DNA from: Burkholderiales bacterium
GTDB taxonomy: Bacteria; Pseudomonadota; Gammaproteobacteria; Burkholderiales; SG8-41
DNA length: 64,000 nt
Assembly (NCBI GenBank): GCA_035524795.1
Contig: DATKOF010000004.1
Location: forward strand, 3,607-67,606
Direction: 5' to 3'
The position numbers and the translations under genes are program-made. The notes under the pieces are model-generated. The model did no database searches, was not told the DNA's origin, and was given only the letters and a program-made list of their open reading frames with translations. Shown piece after piece: positions 9,350 to 18,105 of the stretch (position 1 is its first letter; every line of letters starts with the position of its first letter).

Positions 9350-10900
9350 ATGCTGTCGTCACTCACCGAAAAATACAGCCACAAGATCAAGACCGCTGAC
9401 GAGCTGAAAAAGATCATCGGCCCGCGGCCGCGCGCGAAAAAGGTCATCATGTGCCACGGCGTTTTCGACGTCGTCCACCCCGGCCATGTGCGCCACCTGA
9501 TTTACGCAAAAAGCAAGGCGGACATTCTGGTCGCCAGCATCACCGCCGACACCCATATCAGCAAGGGCCAGTTTCGTCCCCATGTGCCGCAGGATCTGCG
9601 CGCGCTGAATCTTGCCGCATTCGAGATCATCGATTACGTGATCATCGACAGCGAGGCGACGCCGCTGAAAAATCTGGCGGACATCCAGCCGGATTATTTC
9701 GCCAAGGGCTATGAGTACAACGCGACCGCCATATCGCAGAAAACCCAGGAAGAGGAAGACGTGCTGCGCACCTACGGCGGCGAGATCATATTCACGCCGG
9801 GCGACATCGTCTATTCGTCAAGCAAGCTGATCGAGCTCGCGCCGCCGCGGATACAGCTGGAGAAGCTGCTGACCTTCATGGACGTGGAAGGCCTGACCTT
9901 CGATTCGCTGCGCGACGCGCTGGACAATCTCAAGGGCAAGCGCGTCCATGTGATCGGGGACACCATCGTCGACAGCTATACCCAGACCGCGATGATCGGC
10001 GGCCAGACCAAAACACCGACGATGAGCGTGCTCTACGAGGGACGCAAGGACTACATCGGCGGCGCCGCGATCGTGGCCGAGCACATGCGCGCAGCCGGCG
10101 CGGACGTGGTGTTCTCGACGGTACTCGGCAACGACAGCTTCAAGGATTTCGTGCTGGAAGGGCTCGCCAAATCCGGTGTGGACTGCAGATCCGTCATCGA
10201 TGCCACGCGGCCCACCACCAACAAGAATGCGATTGTCGCCGGCGGCTACCGCCTGCTCAAGGTGGACACGCTCGACAACCGTTCCATCTCCGACGAAATC
10301 GTGTCCAGGCTGTGCGAAATGATCCGGGAAACGCCGGCCGATGCGGTGGTGTTCAGCGATTTCCGGCACGGCATGTTCAACCGGCGCACGATTCCCGCGC
10401 TGATCGCGGCGATTCCCGACGGCGTGTTCAAGGTCGCGGACAGCCAGGTGGCGAGCCGCTGGGGCAATATCACGGAATTCAAGGGTTTCGATCTGATCAC
10501 GCCGAACGAGCGCGAGGCGCGCTTTGCGCTGGGCGATCAGGATTCCGGGGTGAGGCCGCTCGCCTCGGCGCTGTACGACGCCGCGCAGTGCAAGACGCTG
10601 ATCCTGAAACTCGGCGAGCGCGGAGTGCTGACCTGCCGCAGCAGCGATCATCAGTCGCTCGACTCATTCATCGTGGTGGACAGTTTCGTCGACCGCGTCG
10701 TCGATGCCGTTGGAGCCGGAGACGCGCTGCTCGCCTACGCGACGCTGTCCAAGGTGGCGACTGGCTCGGATGCCATCGCGACCATCCTGGGTTCGATGGC
10801 CGCGGCCAGCGAGTGCGAATACGATGGCAATATACCGATCACGATAAACGACGTGCGCCAGAAAATCGACGCGGTAGAGCGCCACGCAAATTATAAATAA
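9350..10900 (+). CDS. bifunctional nucleotidyltransferase (N-terminal, HxGH) / PfkB sugar kinase (C-terminal); HldE/RfaE-like with inverted domain order
   Basis: N-terminal CHGVFDVVHPGHVRHL is the cytidylyl/adenylyltransferase HxGH motif. C-terminal VIGDTIVDSY...TPTMSV resembles RfaE domain I, and DAVGAGDALLAY is the PfkB signature. Confidence 0.8.
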   Translation: MLSSLTEKYSHKIKTADELKKIIGPRPRAKKVIMCHGVFDVVHPGHVRHLIYAKSKADILVASITADTHISKGQFRPHVPQDLRALNLAAFEIIDYVIIDSEATPLKNLADIQPDYFAKGYEYNATAISQKTQEEEDVLRTYGGEIIFTPGDIVYSSSKLIELAPPRIQLEKLLTFMDVEGLTFDSLRDALDNLKGKRVHVIGDTIVDSYTQTAMIGGQTKTPTMSVLYEGRKDYIGGAAIVAEHMRAAGADVVFSTVLGNDSFKDFVLEGLAKSGVDCRSVIDATRPTTNKNAIVAGGYRLLKVDTLDNRSISDEIVSRLCEMIRETPADAVVFSDFRHGMFNRRTIPALIAAIPDGVFKVADSQVASRWGNITEFKGFDLITPNEREARFALGDQDSGVRPLASALYDAAQCKTLILKLGERGVLTCRSSDHQSLDSFIVVDSFVDRVVDAVGAGDALLAYATLSKVATGSDAIATILGSMAAASECEYDGNIPITINDVRQKIDAVERHANYK

Positions 10901-10917
10901 GCCGGGTTGGAACTACA

Positions 10918-11853
10918 TTGCGCATCATCGTCGCAGGTCTTGGCGTTCAGGGCTACAAGCGCCGCAAGTTCGCGGGCGATGATTTTGTCGCTGCGGTCGA
11001 CCCGGTAAACCCCGAGGCGCCGTTCCGCCGCGTCGAGGACGTGCCGCTCGACAGCTATGATGCCGCACTCGCGTGCATCCCGGACGAACCGAAGATCGAA
11101 GTCCTGACTTGGCTGCTCGGCAACGGCAAGCACGTGCTGGTCGAAAAGCCGTTGTGGGCGGCGGACGACGCGCAGATCAAGACGCTCGAAAAACTCGCGC
11201 GCGACAACCGCGTGCAGTGCTACACCGCCTACAACCACCGCTTCGAGCCCCACTACGTGCGGATGCGCGACCTGATCCGCTCCGGCGAGCTCGGAAAAAT
11301 CTACCGCTGCCGGATGTTCTACGGCAACGGCACGGCACGGCTGGTGCGCGAATCCGAGTGGCGCGATCAGGGCGCGGGCGTGCTGCCCGATCTCGGCTCG
11401 CACCTGTTCGATACACTCAAATTCTGGTTCGGCGACATCGGCGAGGATTTCCGGGTGGTGTCGTCGAACTGTTTCGAGAACCGCGCGCCCGATCACGTCG
11501 TGCTGGCCTCCGCGGGCCGCGCGCGACCCGCGATCGAACTCGAGATGACATTGCTGTCGTGGCGCAATCATTTCACCTGCGATGTGCTTGCCGAAAACGG
11601 CACCGCGCATATCCGCTCGCTGTGCAAATGGGGGCCGACCACGTTTACGCATCGCCGGCGCGTGCTGCCGAGCGGGCGCCCGCCCGAGGAACAGCAGACG
11701 CTGGTGCAGGATGACCCGACCTGGGCGCTTGAGTACGCGCATTTCAGGCATCTGTGCCAATCCGGAGCGCCGACCGATCTCGCCAACGATCTGTGGCTGA
11801 ACCGCCTGCTGCGCAGCCTGGGCGAAATCGCAGTGAAGGAGGCGCGGCGATGA
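10918..11853 (+). CDS. Gfo/Idh/MocA-family oxidoreductase
   Basis: N-terminal Rossmann region and VLVEKPLWA (EKP motif). TTG start per track. The stop overlaps the next gene start (ATGA). Confidence 0.8.
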   Translation: MRIIVAGLGVQGYKRRKFAGDDFVAAVDPVNPEAPFRRVEDVPLDSYDAALACIPDEPKIEVLTWLLGNGKHVLVEKPLWAADDAQIKTLEKLARDNRVQCYTAYNHRFEPHYVRMRDLIRSGELGKIYRCRMFYGNGTARLVRESEWRDQGAGVLPDLGSHLFDTLKFWFGDIGEDFRVVSSNCFENRAPDHVVLASAGRARPAIELEMTLLSWRNHFTCDVLAENGTAHIRSLCKWGPTTFTHRRRVLPSGRPPEEQQTLVQDDPTWALEYAHFRHLCQSGAPTDLANDLWLNRLLRSLGEIAVKEARR

Positions 11854-13133
11854 GCGCTCCGCAGATCGGTTTCGCCGGCATGACGCACCTCGGCATCAAT
11901 TCGGCGGCCGCCGCCGCCGCGCGCGGTTTCCAGACGCTGTGGTTCGATACCGACACCGCGCGCATCGCGGCGCTCGCAAAGGGCGAGCTGCCGGTGGTCG
12001 AACCCGATCTGCCGGAGACGATTGCCGCGCACGGCGCGCGTATCCGCCATACGTCGCAGGCTTCCGATCTGCGCGGGTGCGCGGTCGTGTACATCGCGTG
12101 CGATGTGCCAACCGACGATCGGGGCGGCAGCGATCTGTTGACGGTTGATGCGCTGATCGAGACGGTGTCCGCAAACATCGCCGACGACGCGGTGCTGGTC
12201 ATTCTGTGCCAGGTGCCGCCGGGATTCACGCGCCGGCTCGCGCGCGCGCCGGCGCGGCTCTACTATCAGGTGGAGACGCTGATCTTCGGCCGCGCGATGG
12301 AGCGCGCGCTGCATCCGGAACGGTTCATCATCGGCTGCGCCGATCCCGCGCAGGCGCTGCCGGCGGCCTATCACGAGTTTCTGACGGCGTTCGGCTGCCC
12401 GCTGCTGCCGATGCGCTACGAGAGCGCGGAGCTCGCGAAAATCGCGATCAATTGCTGCCTGGTGTCGTCGGTGACGGTGGCCAACACGCTGGCGGAACTG
12501 AGTGAGCGCATCGGCGCCGACTGGCACGAGATCGTGCCGGCGCTGAAACTCGACCGGCGCATCGGGCCATATTCCTATCTGGCGCCGGGGCTGGGACTGG
12601 CCGGCGGTAATCTCGAGCGCGATCTGGCAACGGTGCTGCAATTGGCCGGCGAAACCGGCAGCGAAGCCGGACTGATCACGTCGTTCGTCGCCAGCAGCCG
12701 CCACCGCAAGGACTGGGTGCTGCGCACTTTGCACCGCGAAGTGTTCGCGCGCCAGCCACAGGCGGTGCTCGGCATCCTCGGCCTCGCTTACAAGGAAAAC
12801 ACCCATTCGACCAAGAACTCCCCGGCGCTGGCGCTGATCCGGCACCTTGCGCCGTGGCAGTTGCGGATTCACGATCCGGTGGTGCCGGTGGCGGCGGCGC
12901 AGCATGCGCGCGCCGTCGGCTGTGATTCGCCGCTGGCGGCCGCGACCGGAGCCGACGCACTGGTGATCATGACGCCGTGGCCGGCGTTCCGCGAGTTGAA
13001 GCCCGCCGATCTGGCGCGCGCGATGCGCGGATGCATCGTCATCGATCCGCTGCGCGTGCTCGATGGCCGCGCGCTGGTCGCGGCCGGCTTCGAATATCTG
13101 ACGCTCGGCGCGCCGCCGCAGCGGCCGCATTGA
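11850..13133 (+). CDS. UDP-glucose/GDP-mannose dehydrogenase family protein (non-canonical active site)
   Basis: IGFAGMTHLGINSA N-terminal NAD motif and GLAYKENTHSTKNSPA C-terminal domain motif. The ATG at 11850 (MSAPQIG...) is preferred over the Arg-rich extension from 11754. The active-site segment reads GLAGGNLERD (see findings). Confidence 0.8.
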   Translation: MSAPQIGFAGMTHLGINSAAAAAARGFQTLWFDTDTARIAALAKGELPVVEPDLPETIAAHGARIRHTSQASDLRGCAVVYIACDVPTDDRGGSDLLTVDALIETVSANIADDAVLVILCQVPPGFTRRLARAPARLYYQVETLIFGRAMERALHPERFIIGCADPAQALPAAYHEFLTAFGCPLLPMRYESAELAKIAINCCLVSSVTVANTLAELSERIGADWHEIVPALKLDRRIGPYSYLAPGLGLAGGNLERDLATVLQLAGETGSEAGLITSFVASSRHRKDWVLRTLHREVFARQPQAVLGILGLAYKENTHSTKNSPALALIRHLAPWQLRIHDPVVPVAAAQHARAVGCDSPLAAATGADALVIMTPWPAFRELKPADLARAMRGCIVIDPLRVLDGRALVAAGFEYLTLGAPPQRPH

Positions 13134-13150
13134 TGGACTGACGGAACGCC

Positions 13151-14026
13151 ATGCTCGAACATCTGAATGCCGCCCCGACCAGACCCGAACGCGTCGTGAT
13201 CATCGGCGCCGGCGGATTCGTTGGCGGCGCCATCCTGAAAAAATTGCGCGATGCCGGCACGCAGGTACTGGCGCTGACGCGCAGGGAGCTCGATCTGCTG
13301 GACGCCGGCGCAACAGCGAAGCTCGCGCAGATGCTGAAACCGCAGGACAGCGTGGTCATGGTGTCGGCGGTTGCGCCCGCGAAAAACGTGACGATGCTGA
13401 TGCAGAACCTGAAGATGGCGGAGGCGGTTTGCGCGGCGCTCGCGGAAAAATCCATCGCGCACCTGCTGTACATCAGTTCCGACGCGGTGTATGCCGACGA
13501 CGCGAACCCGGTGACCGAGGACTCCTACTGCGCGCCGACGACGCTGCACGGCATGATGCACGCGGCGCGCGAGCTGATGCTGAAAAGCGCGACCACCGCG
13601 CCGTTCGCGGCGTTGCGCCCGACCTTGATCTACGGCGCCGACGATCCGCACAACGGCTACGGGCCGAACCGCTTTCGGCGCCAGGCCGGGAAAGGCGAGC
13701 CGATCTCGATTTTCGGCGAAGGCGAAGAGCGGCGCGATCACATCTGGGTCGAGGACGTCGCGGCGCTGGCGGTGCGGATGCTGGAGCGCCGCAGTCGCGG
13801 CGCGCTGAACGCAGTGACCGGCGTCTCGACGTCATTCCATGACATCGCGCAGATGGTTGCCGCGCAGTTTCCCGGCGCCGTCGTCAAAAGCGCGCCGCGG
13901 CCCGGCCCGCGTCCGCACCTGCTGCATCGCTTTTTTGACATCACGCAATGCCTGAAGGCATTTCCGGATTTCCGCTTCACGCCGCTGCGCGAGGGGCTCG
14001 GGCATTCCCAAACCGACCAGGACTGA
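13151..14026 (+). CDS. SDR-fold epimerase/dehydratase-like protein, atypical catalytic motif
   Basis: VVIIGAGGFVGGAI Rossmann motif and YISSDAVY. The expected YxxxK position reads LHGMMHAAR. Confidence 0.7.
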   Translation: MLEHLNAAPTRPERVVIIGAGGFVGGAILKKLRDAGTQVLALTRRELDLLDAGATAKLAQMLKPQDSVVMVSAVAPAKNVTMLMQNLKMAEAVCAALAEKSIAHLLYISSDAVYADDANPVTEDSYCAPTTLHGMMHAARELMLKSATTAPFAALRPTLIYGADDPHNGYGPNRFRRQAGKGEPISIFGEGEERRDHIWVEDVAALAVRMLERRSRGALNAVTGVSTSFHDIAQMVAAQFPGAVVKSAPRPGPRPHLLHRFFDITQCLKAFPDFRFTPLREGLGHSQTDQD

Positions 14027-14028
14027 CC

Positions 14029-14685
14029 ATGGCTGAAATCGATCTGCTGGCGCGCTTGCCGAAAACCAAGCGCAACATCGAAAAGCGCAAGGAGGCGCAG
14101 ACGCCGCAGAACATCGCGATTGCGCGCCAGTACGGCGAACAGTATTTCGACGGGCCGCGCGAAGTCGGCTACGGCGGCTATCGCTACGACGGGCGCTGGA
14201 TTCCGATCGCCGAAGACATCATCCGGCATTTCAACCTGAAGCCCGGCGACCGCGTGCTCGATGTCGGCTGCGCGAAGGGGTTTCTGGTCAAGGATTTGAT
14301 GAAGGTCTGCCCGGGACTGGAGGCGTTCGGGCTCGACATCTCCGAATACGCGCTGATGCATTGCGAGCCGGAAGTGGTCGGCCGGCTGCACCTGGGCAGC
14401 GCGGACCGGCTGCCGTTTCCGGACAACAGCTTCGACGCGGTGATCTCGATCAATACCATCCACAATTTCGAGCGCCCCGACGCGATACGGGCGGTGCGCG
14501 AGGTCGAACGACTGGCGCCCGGCAACGGTTTCATCCAGGTCGACTCCTACCGGACGCCGGAACAGCGCGAACTGTTCATGAGCTGGGTGCTGACCGCCAA
14601 ATTCCACGATTATCCGGACCAATGGGTCAAGCTGTTCCGGGAGGCCGGCTACACCGGCGACTGGTACTGGACGATCCTCGAATGA
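14029..14685 (+). CDS. class I SAM-dependent methyltransferase
   Basis: VLDVGCAKGFL motif I and FDAVISINTIHN. The ATG at 14029 is preferred (MAEIDLL...); the upstream extension overlaps the previous gene. Confidence 0.8.
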   Translation: MAEIDLLARLPKTKRNIEKRKEAQTPQNIAIARQYGEQYFDGPREVGYGGYRYDGRWIPIAEDIIRHFNLKPGDRVLDVGCAKGFLVKDLMKVCPGLEAFGLDISEYALMHCEPEVVGRLHLGSADRLPFPDNSFDAVISINTIHNFERPDAIRAVREVERLAPGNGFIQVDSYRTPEQRELFMSWVLTAKFHDYPDQWVKLFREAGYTGDWYWTILE

Positions 14686-14724
14686 CAATTTACGATACGA
14701 ACCCTTCACAGAGAAAATGAATAA

Positions 14725-15714
14725 ATGAAAACCTACGCAATCATCGGCGCCGGCGGCTCGTTCGGCATCCACACCGCCCTCTATCTGCTCGACCACGCTG
14801 ATCCGAAGAAAGTGATCGGCGTCGGCCGCAATCCGTTGCGCCCGGAGCCGTTCTCGCTCAACGTCGAGAAACGCAAAAACTTCCAGTATCACGCCTACCA
14901 TCTGACTTACGAGATGGACTCGGTGATGGAACTGCTCGACAGGGAAAAGCCGCAGGTCATCATCAATTACGCGGCGCAGGGCGAAGGCGCGGTGTCGTGG
15001 AAGAAGTCATGGCGTTTCTTCGAAACCAACTCGATGGCGCTCGCCAAGTTCAGCGAAGAGCTGATGTCGCGCGATTATATGGAGCGCTTCATCCAGATCG
15101 GCACCTCCGAGCTCTACGGTTCGGTGGATTTCGCGGCCAAGGAAACCACGCCGATCCAGCCGACCAGCCCGTACGCAGCCTCCAAGGCGGCGTTCGACAT
15201 GTACCTGATCTCGGTGAATCGCTTCCTGAAGTTCCCGATGAACATCATCCGCCCGTCGAACGCGTATTGCCCGGGACAGCTGCTGCACCGCGTGATTCCG
15301 AAGACGGTGGTTTGCGGGTTGACCGGACGCAAGCTGCCGCTGCAGGGCGGCGGCCGCGCGGAAAAATCGTATATTCATGCGCGCGACCTGGCGCGCGCCA
15401 TTCTTCTGGTATCGGAAAAAGCGCCGCTCGGCGCGGTGTATAACGCCGGGCCGAAGGAGCCGACCTCGATCCGCCGCGTCGTTGAGCTTACCGCCGAGGC
15501 GCTCGGCATGCCGTTCGAACAGGTGTGCGAGATGACCGGCGACCGGCTCGGTCAGGATTCGCGCTACTGGCTCGATTCCAGCGCGATCAAGCAAGATGTC
15601 GGCTGGGAGCCGCAGATCGGCTGGCAGGAAGGCCTGGCCGAAATGGCCGCATGGGGCCGCAAGTACATAGATCAATTGCGCGACTGGCCGATGGATTACG
15701 TGCTGCGGGCATGA
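14725..15714 (+). CDS. NAD-dependent sugar 4,6-dehydratase-like extended SDR
   Basis: IIGAGGSFG, TSELYG, YAASK. Confidence 0.85.
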   Translation: MKTYAIIGAGGSFGIHTALYLLDHADPKKVIGVGRNPLRPEPFSLNVEKRKNFQYHAYHLTYEMDSVMELLDREKPQVIINYAAQGEGAVSWKKSWRFFETNSMALAKFSEELMSRDYMERFIQIGTSELYGSVDFAAKETTPIQPTSPYAASKAAFDMYLISVNRFLKFPMNIIRPSNAYCPGQLLHRVIPKTVVCGLTGRKLPLQGGGRAEKSYIHARDLARAILLVSEKAPLGAVYNAGPKEPTSIRRVVELTAEALGMPFEQVCEMTGDRLGQDSRYWLDSSAIKQDVGWEPQIGWQEGLAEMAAWGRKYIDQLRDWPMDYVLRA

Positions 15715-16565
15715 GCCAGGCGCATTCCAGGGCGATTAAACCCGTGGGGCTCGATGCCGCCGCCGCGCGGCAGCGCTGCCTCGGCTATCGGCGCCGCATA
15801 CTCGAAATTTCGCAGCAGGTGACGGCGCTGCATATCGCTCCGGCTTTTTCCTGTCTGGAAATGGTGGACGTGGTCTATCACGATCTGATGCGGCGCGACG
15901 CCGGCAGCAGCCCGCCGGTGTTCCTGGACAGCTTCGTAATTTCGAAAGGACACGGCTGCCTGTCCCAGTATGTGATTCTTGAGGATTTTGGAGTCCTGAC
16001 GCGGGCTGACCTCGATTGTTACTGCACGCCGGCGGGCCGGCTGGGCGCGCACCCCGACTACGGCGTTCCCGGAATGGAGGCATCAACCGGTTCTCTCGGA
16101 CACGGCATGGGCATCTGCACCGGCATGGCGTACGCAGAAAAAATCCAGCGGCGCGATCGCAACATTTACGTGGTGCTGTCCGACGGCGAAATGCAGGAAG
16201 GTTCGACCTGGGAATCGATGATGATGGCGGCCAACCTGGGACTCGGTAACCTGATCGCGTTGCTCGACCTCAACGATTTCCAGGGGATGGGGCGCACTTC
16301 GGTCACCCATCCCAAGTTCTACCCGATCCTCGACAAAGTGCAGGCTTTCGGTTGGGACGCCGCCGAAGTCAATGGACACGATGCTGCGGCCATTTACGAT
16401 GCGGTCAACTCACGCCAGGCCGGCAGGCCCTTTTTCCTGGTCGGCCGCACCGTCAAGGGCAGGGGCGTCTCCTATATGGAAAACGCCCCGATCTGGCATT
16501 ATCGCTCTCCCAGCCGGGAGGAATATCAACAGGCGCTTGACGAACTGAAAGAGATCTCGTCGTGA
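15711..16565 (+). CDS. transketolase, N-terminal (ThDP pyrophosphate-binding) subunit
   Basis: SKGHGC, GSLGHGMG and VVLSDGEMQEGSTWE match the ThDP-binding region. The ATG at 15711 overlaps the upstream stop (ATGA). Confidence 0.85.
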   Translation: MSQAHSRAIKPVGLDAAAARQRCLGYRRRILEISQQVTALHIAPAFSCLEMVDVVYHDLMRRDAGSSPPVFLDSFVISKGHGCLSQYVILEDFGVLTRADLDCYCTPAGRLGAHPDYGVPGMEASTGSLGHGMGICTGMAYAEKIQRRDRNIYVVLSDGEMQEGSTWESMMMAANLGLGNLIALLDLNDFQGMGRTSVTHPKFYPILDKVQAFGWDAAEVNGHDAAAIYDAVNSRQAGRPFFLVGRTVKGRGVSYMENAPIWHYRSPSREEYQQALDELKEISS

Positions 16566-17485
16566 GAAACATGTTTGCCGAGACTTTCTACGAGGCGGGG
16601 CAGACGAATCCGCGCCTGTGCGCAGTCGTCGCCGACATTTCTCCGGCGGGCGCGATGACCAAATTCAGCCAGGCTTTTCCCGAGCGTTTCATCAACACCG
16701 GCGTCGCCGAGCAGATCATGATCGGCATGTGCGCCGGCATGGCGTTGCGCGGGCTGCGGCCGTTTGCCTACACGATCGCGACGTTCACCCTGTTCCGTCC
16801 GTTCGAGTTCGTGCGCGACGACCTGTGTTATCACAATCTGCCGGTGACCATCGTCGGCATCGGCGGCGGCGTCACGTATTCGACGCTGGGCAGCACCCAT
16901 CACGCGCAGGAAGACATTGCGGTCGCTTCGGCGCTGCCGAACATGGCGGTGATCGCTCCATGCGATCCTGCCGAGACGCGCGCGGCGACGTTGTGGTGCG
17001 TGGATCAGGAGCGCGGGCCGGTTTACATGCGCCTGGGCAAGGCCGGAGAGCCGGATCTGACTTCGCAGGCCGAGGCGCCGTTCGAGTTCGGGAAGATCCG
17101 TTATCTGCAGCGCGGGCGCGATGTCTGCATCATCGGTTACGGGCCGATCCTGAAGCTCGGCAAGGAGCTTGCGGCGAAATTCGAAGCGCACGGCCGGAGC
17201 GTGTCGCTGATTTCCGCGCACACGCTGAAGCCGCTCGACGTGGACGGCATCACCGAAGCGCTGAACGCGCACCGGCAGGTGGTCGTGATCGAGGAAATGT
17301 CTCCTCACGGCGGCCTCGGCGCCCAGGTCAAGCAGATCGCGTGGGACATCCGCGCATCCTGCCGGCTGGATGCTTTCTCGCTGCGCGATGCGTTTATCCA
17401 CAATTACGGTTCCCACAAGGATCTGCTCGCGGCGCACGGGCTCGATCTGGAAACGCTCTCGGCCCAACTGGGTCTGGCCGCTTGA
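16562..17485 (+). CDS. transketolase, C-terminal (pyrimidine-binding) subunit
   Basis: FPERFINTGVAEQ and STLGSTHHAQEDIA. 4-nt overlap with the N-terminal subunit gene. Confidence 0.85.
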   Translation: MRNMFAETFYEAGQTNPRLCAVVADISPAGAMTKFSQAFPERFINTGVAEQIMIGMCAGMALRGLRPFAYTIATFTLFRPFEFVRDDLCYHNLPVTIVGIGGGVTYSTLGSTHHAQEDIAVASALPNMAVIAPCDPAETRAATLWCVDQERGPVYMRLGKAGEPDLTSQAEAPFEFGKIRYLQRGRDVCIIGYGPILKLGKELAAKFEAHGRSVSLISAHTLKPLDVDGITEALNAHRQVVVIEEMSPHGGLGAQVKQIAWDIRASCRLDAFSLRDAFIHNYGSHKDLLAAHGLDLETLSAQLGLAA

Positions 17486-17503
17486 ACGGCCCGATCACGC
17501 CAG

Positions 17504-17935
17504 ATGGAGACCCAGGCTGTGCACGAAAATTTCGAACGCCCCGAGGATACAAAAGCCAGCAGCGACCGCACGTTCGGGCTCGTTTTCTTCGTTTTCTTCA
17601 CGCTGATCGGGATCGCGCCGCTGCGGCACGGCGCACCGCTGCGGGTCTGGGCATTGGCGCTGGCCGCGGCGTTTCTCGTTTCGGCCTTGTGCTGGACGGC
17701 GCCGCTGAAACCGCTCAATCGCGCGTGGACGAAATTGGGGCTTTTGCTGCACGCCGTCGTCAACCCTCTGGTGATGGCGTTGCTGTTCTATGCGGTGATG
17801 ACGCCGTTCGGGATCGGCATGCGGGTTCTGGGTAAACGACTGCTCGGGGTGCGGCGCGATCCGCAGGCCGCGACGTACTGGATCCCGCACCAGCCGCCCG
17901 GCCCGCCGCCGGAAACCATGAAAAACCAGTTCTGA
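17504..17935 (+). CDS. SxtJ-like membrane protein
   Basis: N-terminal HENFERPEDTKASSDRTFGLVFFVFF followed by 3-4 hydrophobic helices. This resembles the SxtJ family seen next to carbamoyltransferases. Confidence 0.6.
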   Translation: METQAVHENFERPEDTKASSDRTFGLVFFVFFTLIGIAPLRHGAPLRVWALALAAAFLVSALCWTAPLKPLNRAWTKLGLLLHAVVNPLVMALLFYAVMTPFGIGMRVLGKRLLGVRRDPQAATYWIPHQPPGPPPETMKNQF

Positions 17936-17942
17936 TCTCCGC

Positions 17943-18095
17943 ATGTTCTCCTTTCTCAAAGAGTTGTGGGCCTTCATGAAGGTGCGCAAGAAATTCTGGC
18001 TGCTGCCGCTGCTGCTGATGTTCGCGGTCTTCGGCGGCCTTGTCGTGCTGACCAAGGGTTCCGCCGTCGCGCCGTTCATCTATACGCTCTTCTAG
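17943..18095 (+). CDS. small membrane protein, DUF5989/SxtK-like (50 aa; below the ORF-track size cutoff)
   Basis: My translation: MFSFLKELWAFMKVRKKFWLLPLLLMFAVFGGLVVLTKGSAVAPFIYTLF, stop TAG at 18093-18095. It fills the gap between the SxtJ-like gene and the carbamoyltransferase. Confidence 0.55.
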   Translation: MFSFLKELWAFMKVRKKFWLLPLLLMFAVFGGLVVLTKGSAVAPFIYTLF

Positions 18096-18105
18096 ATTTT
18101 TTGGC

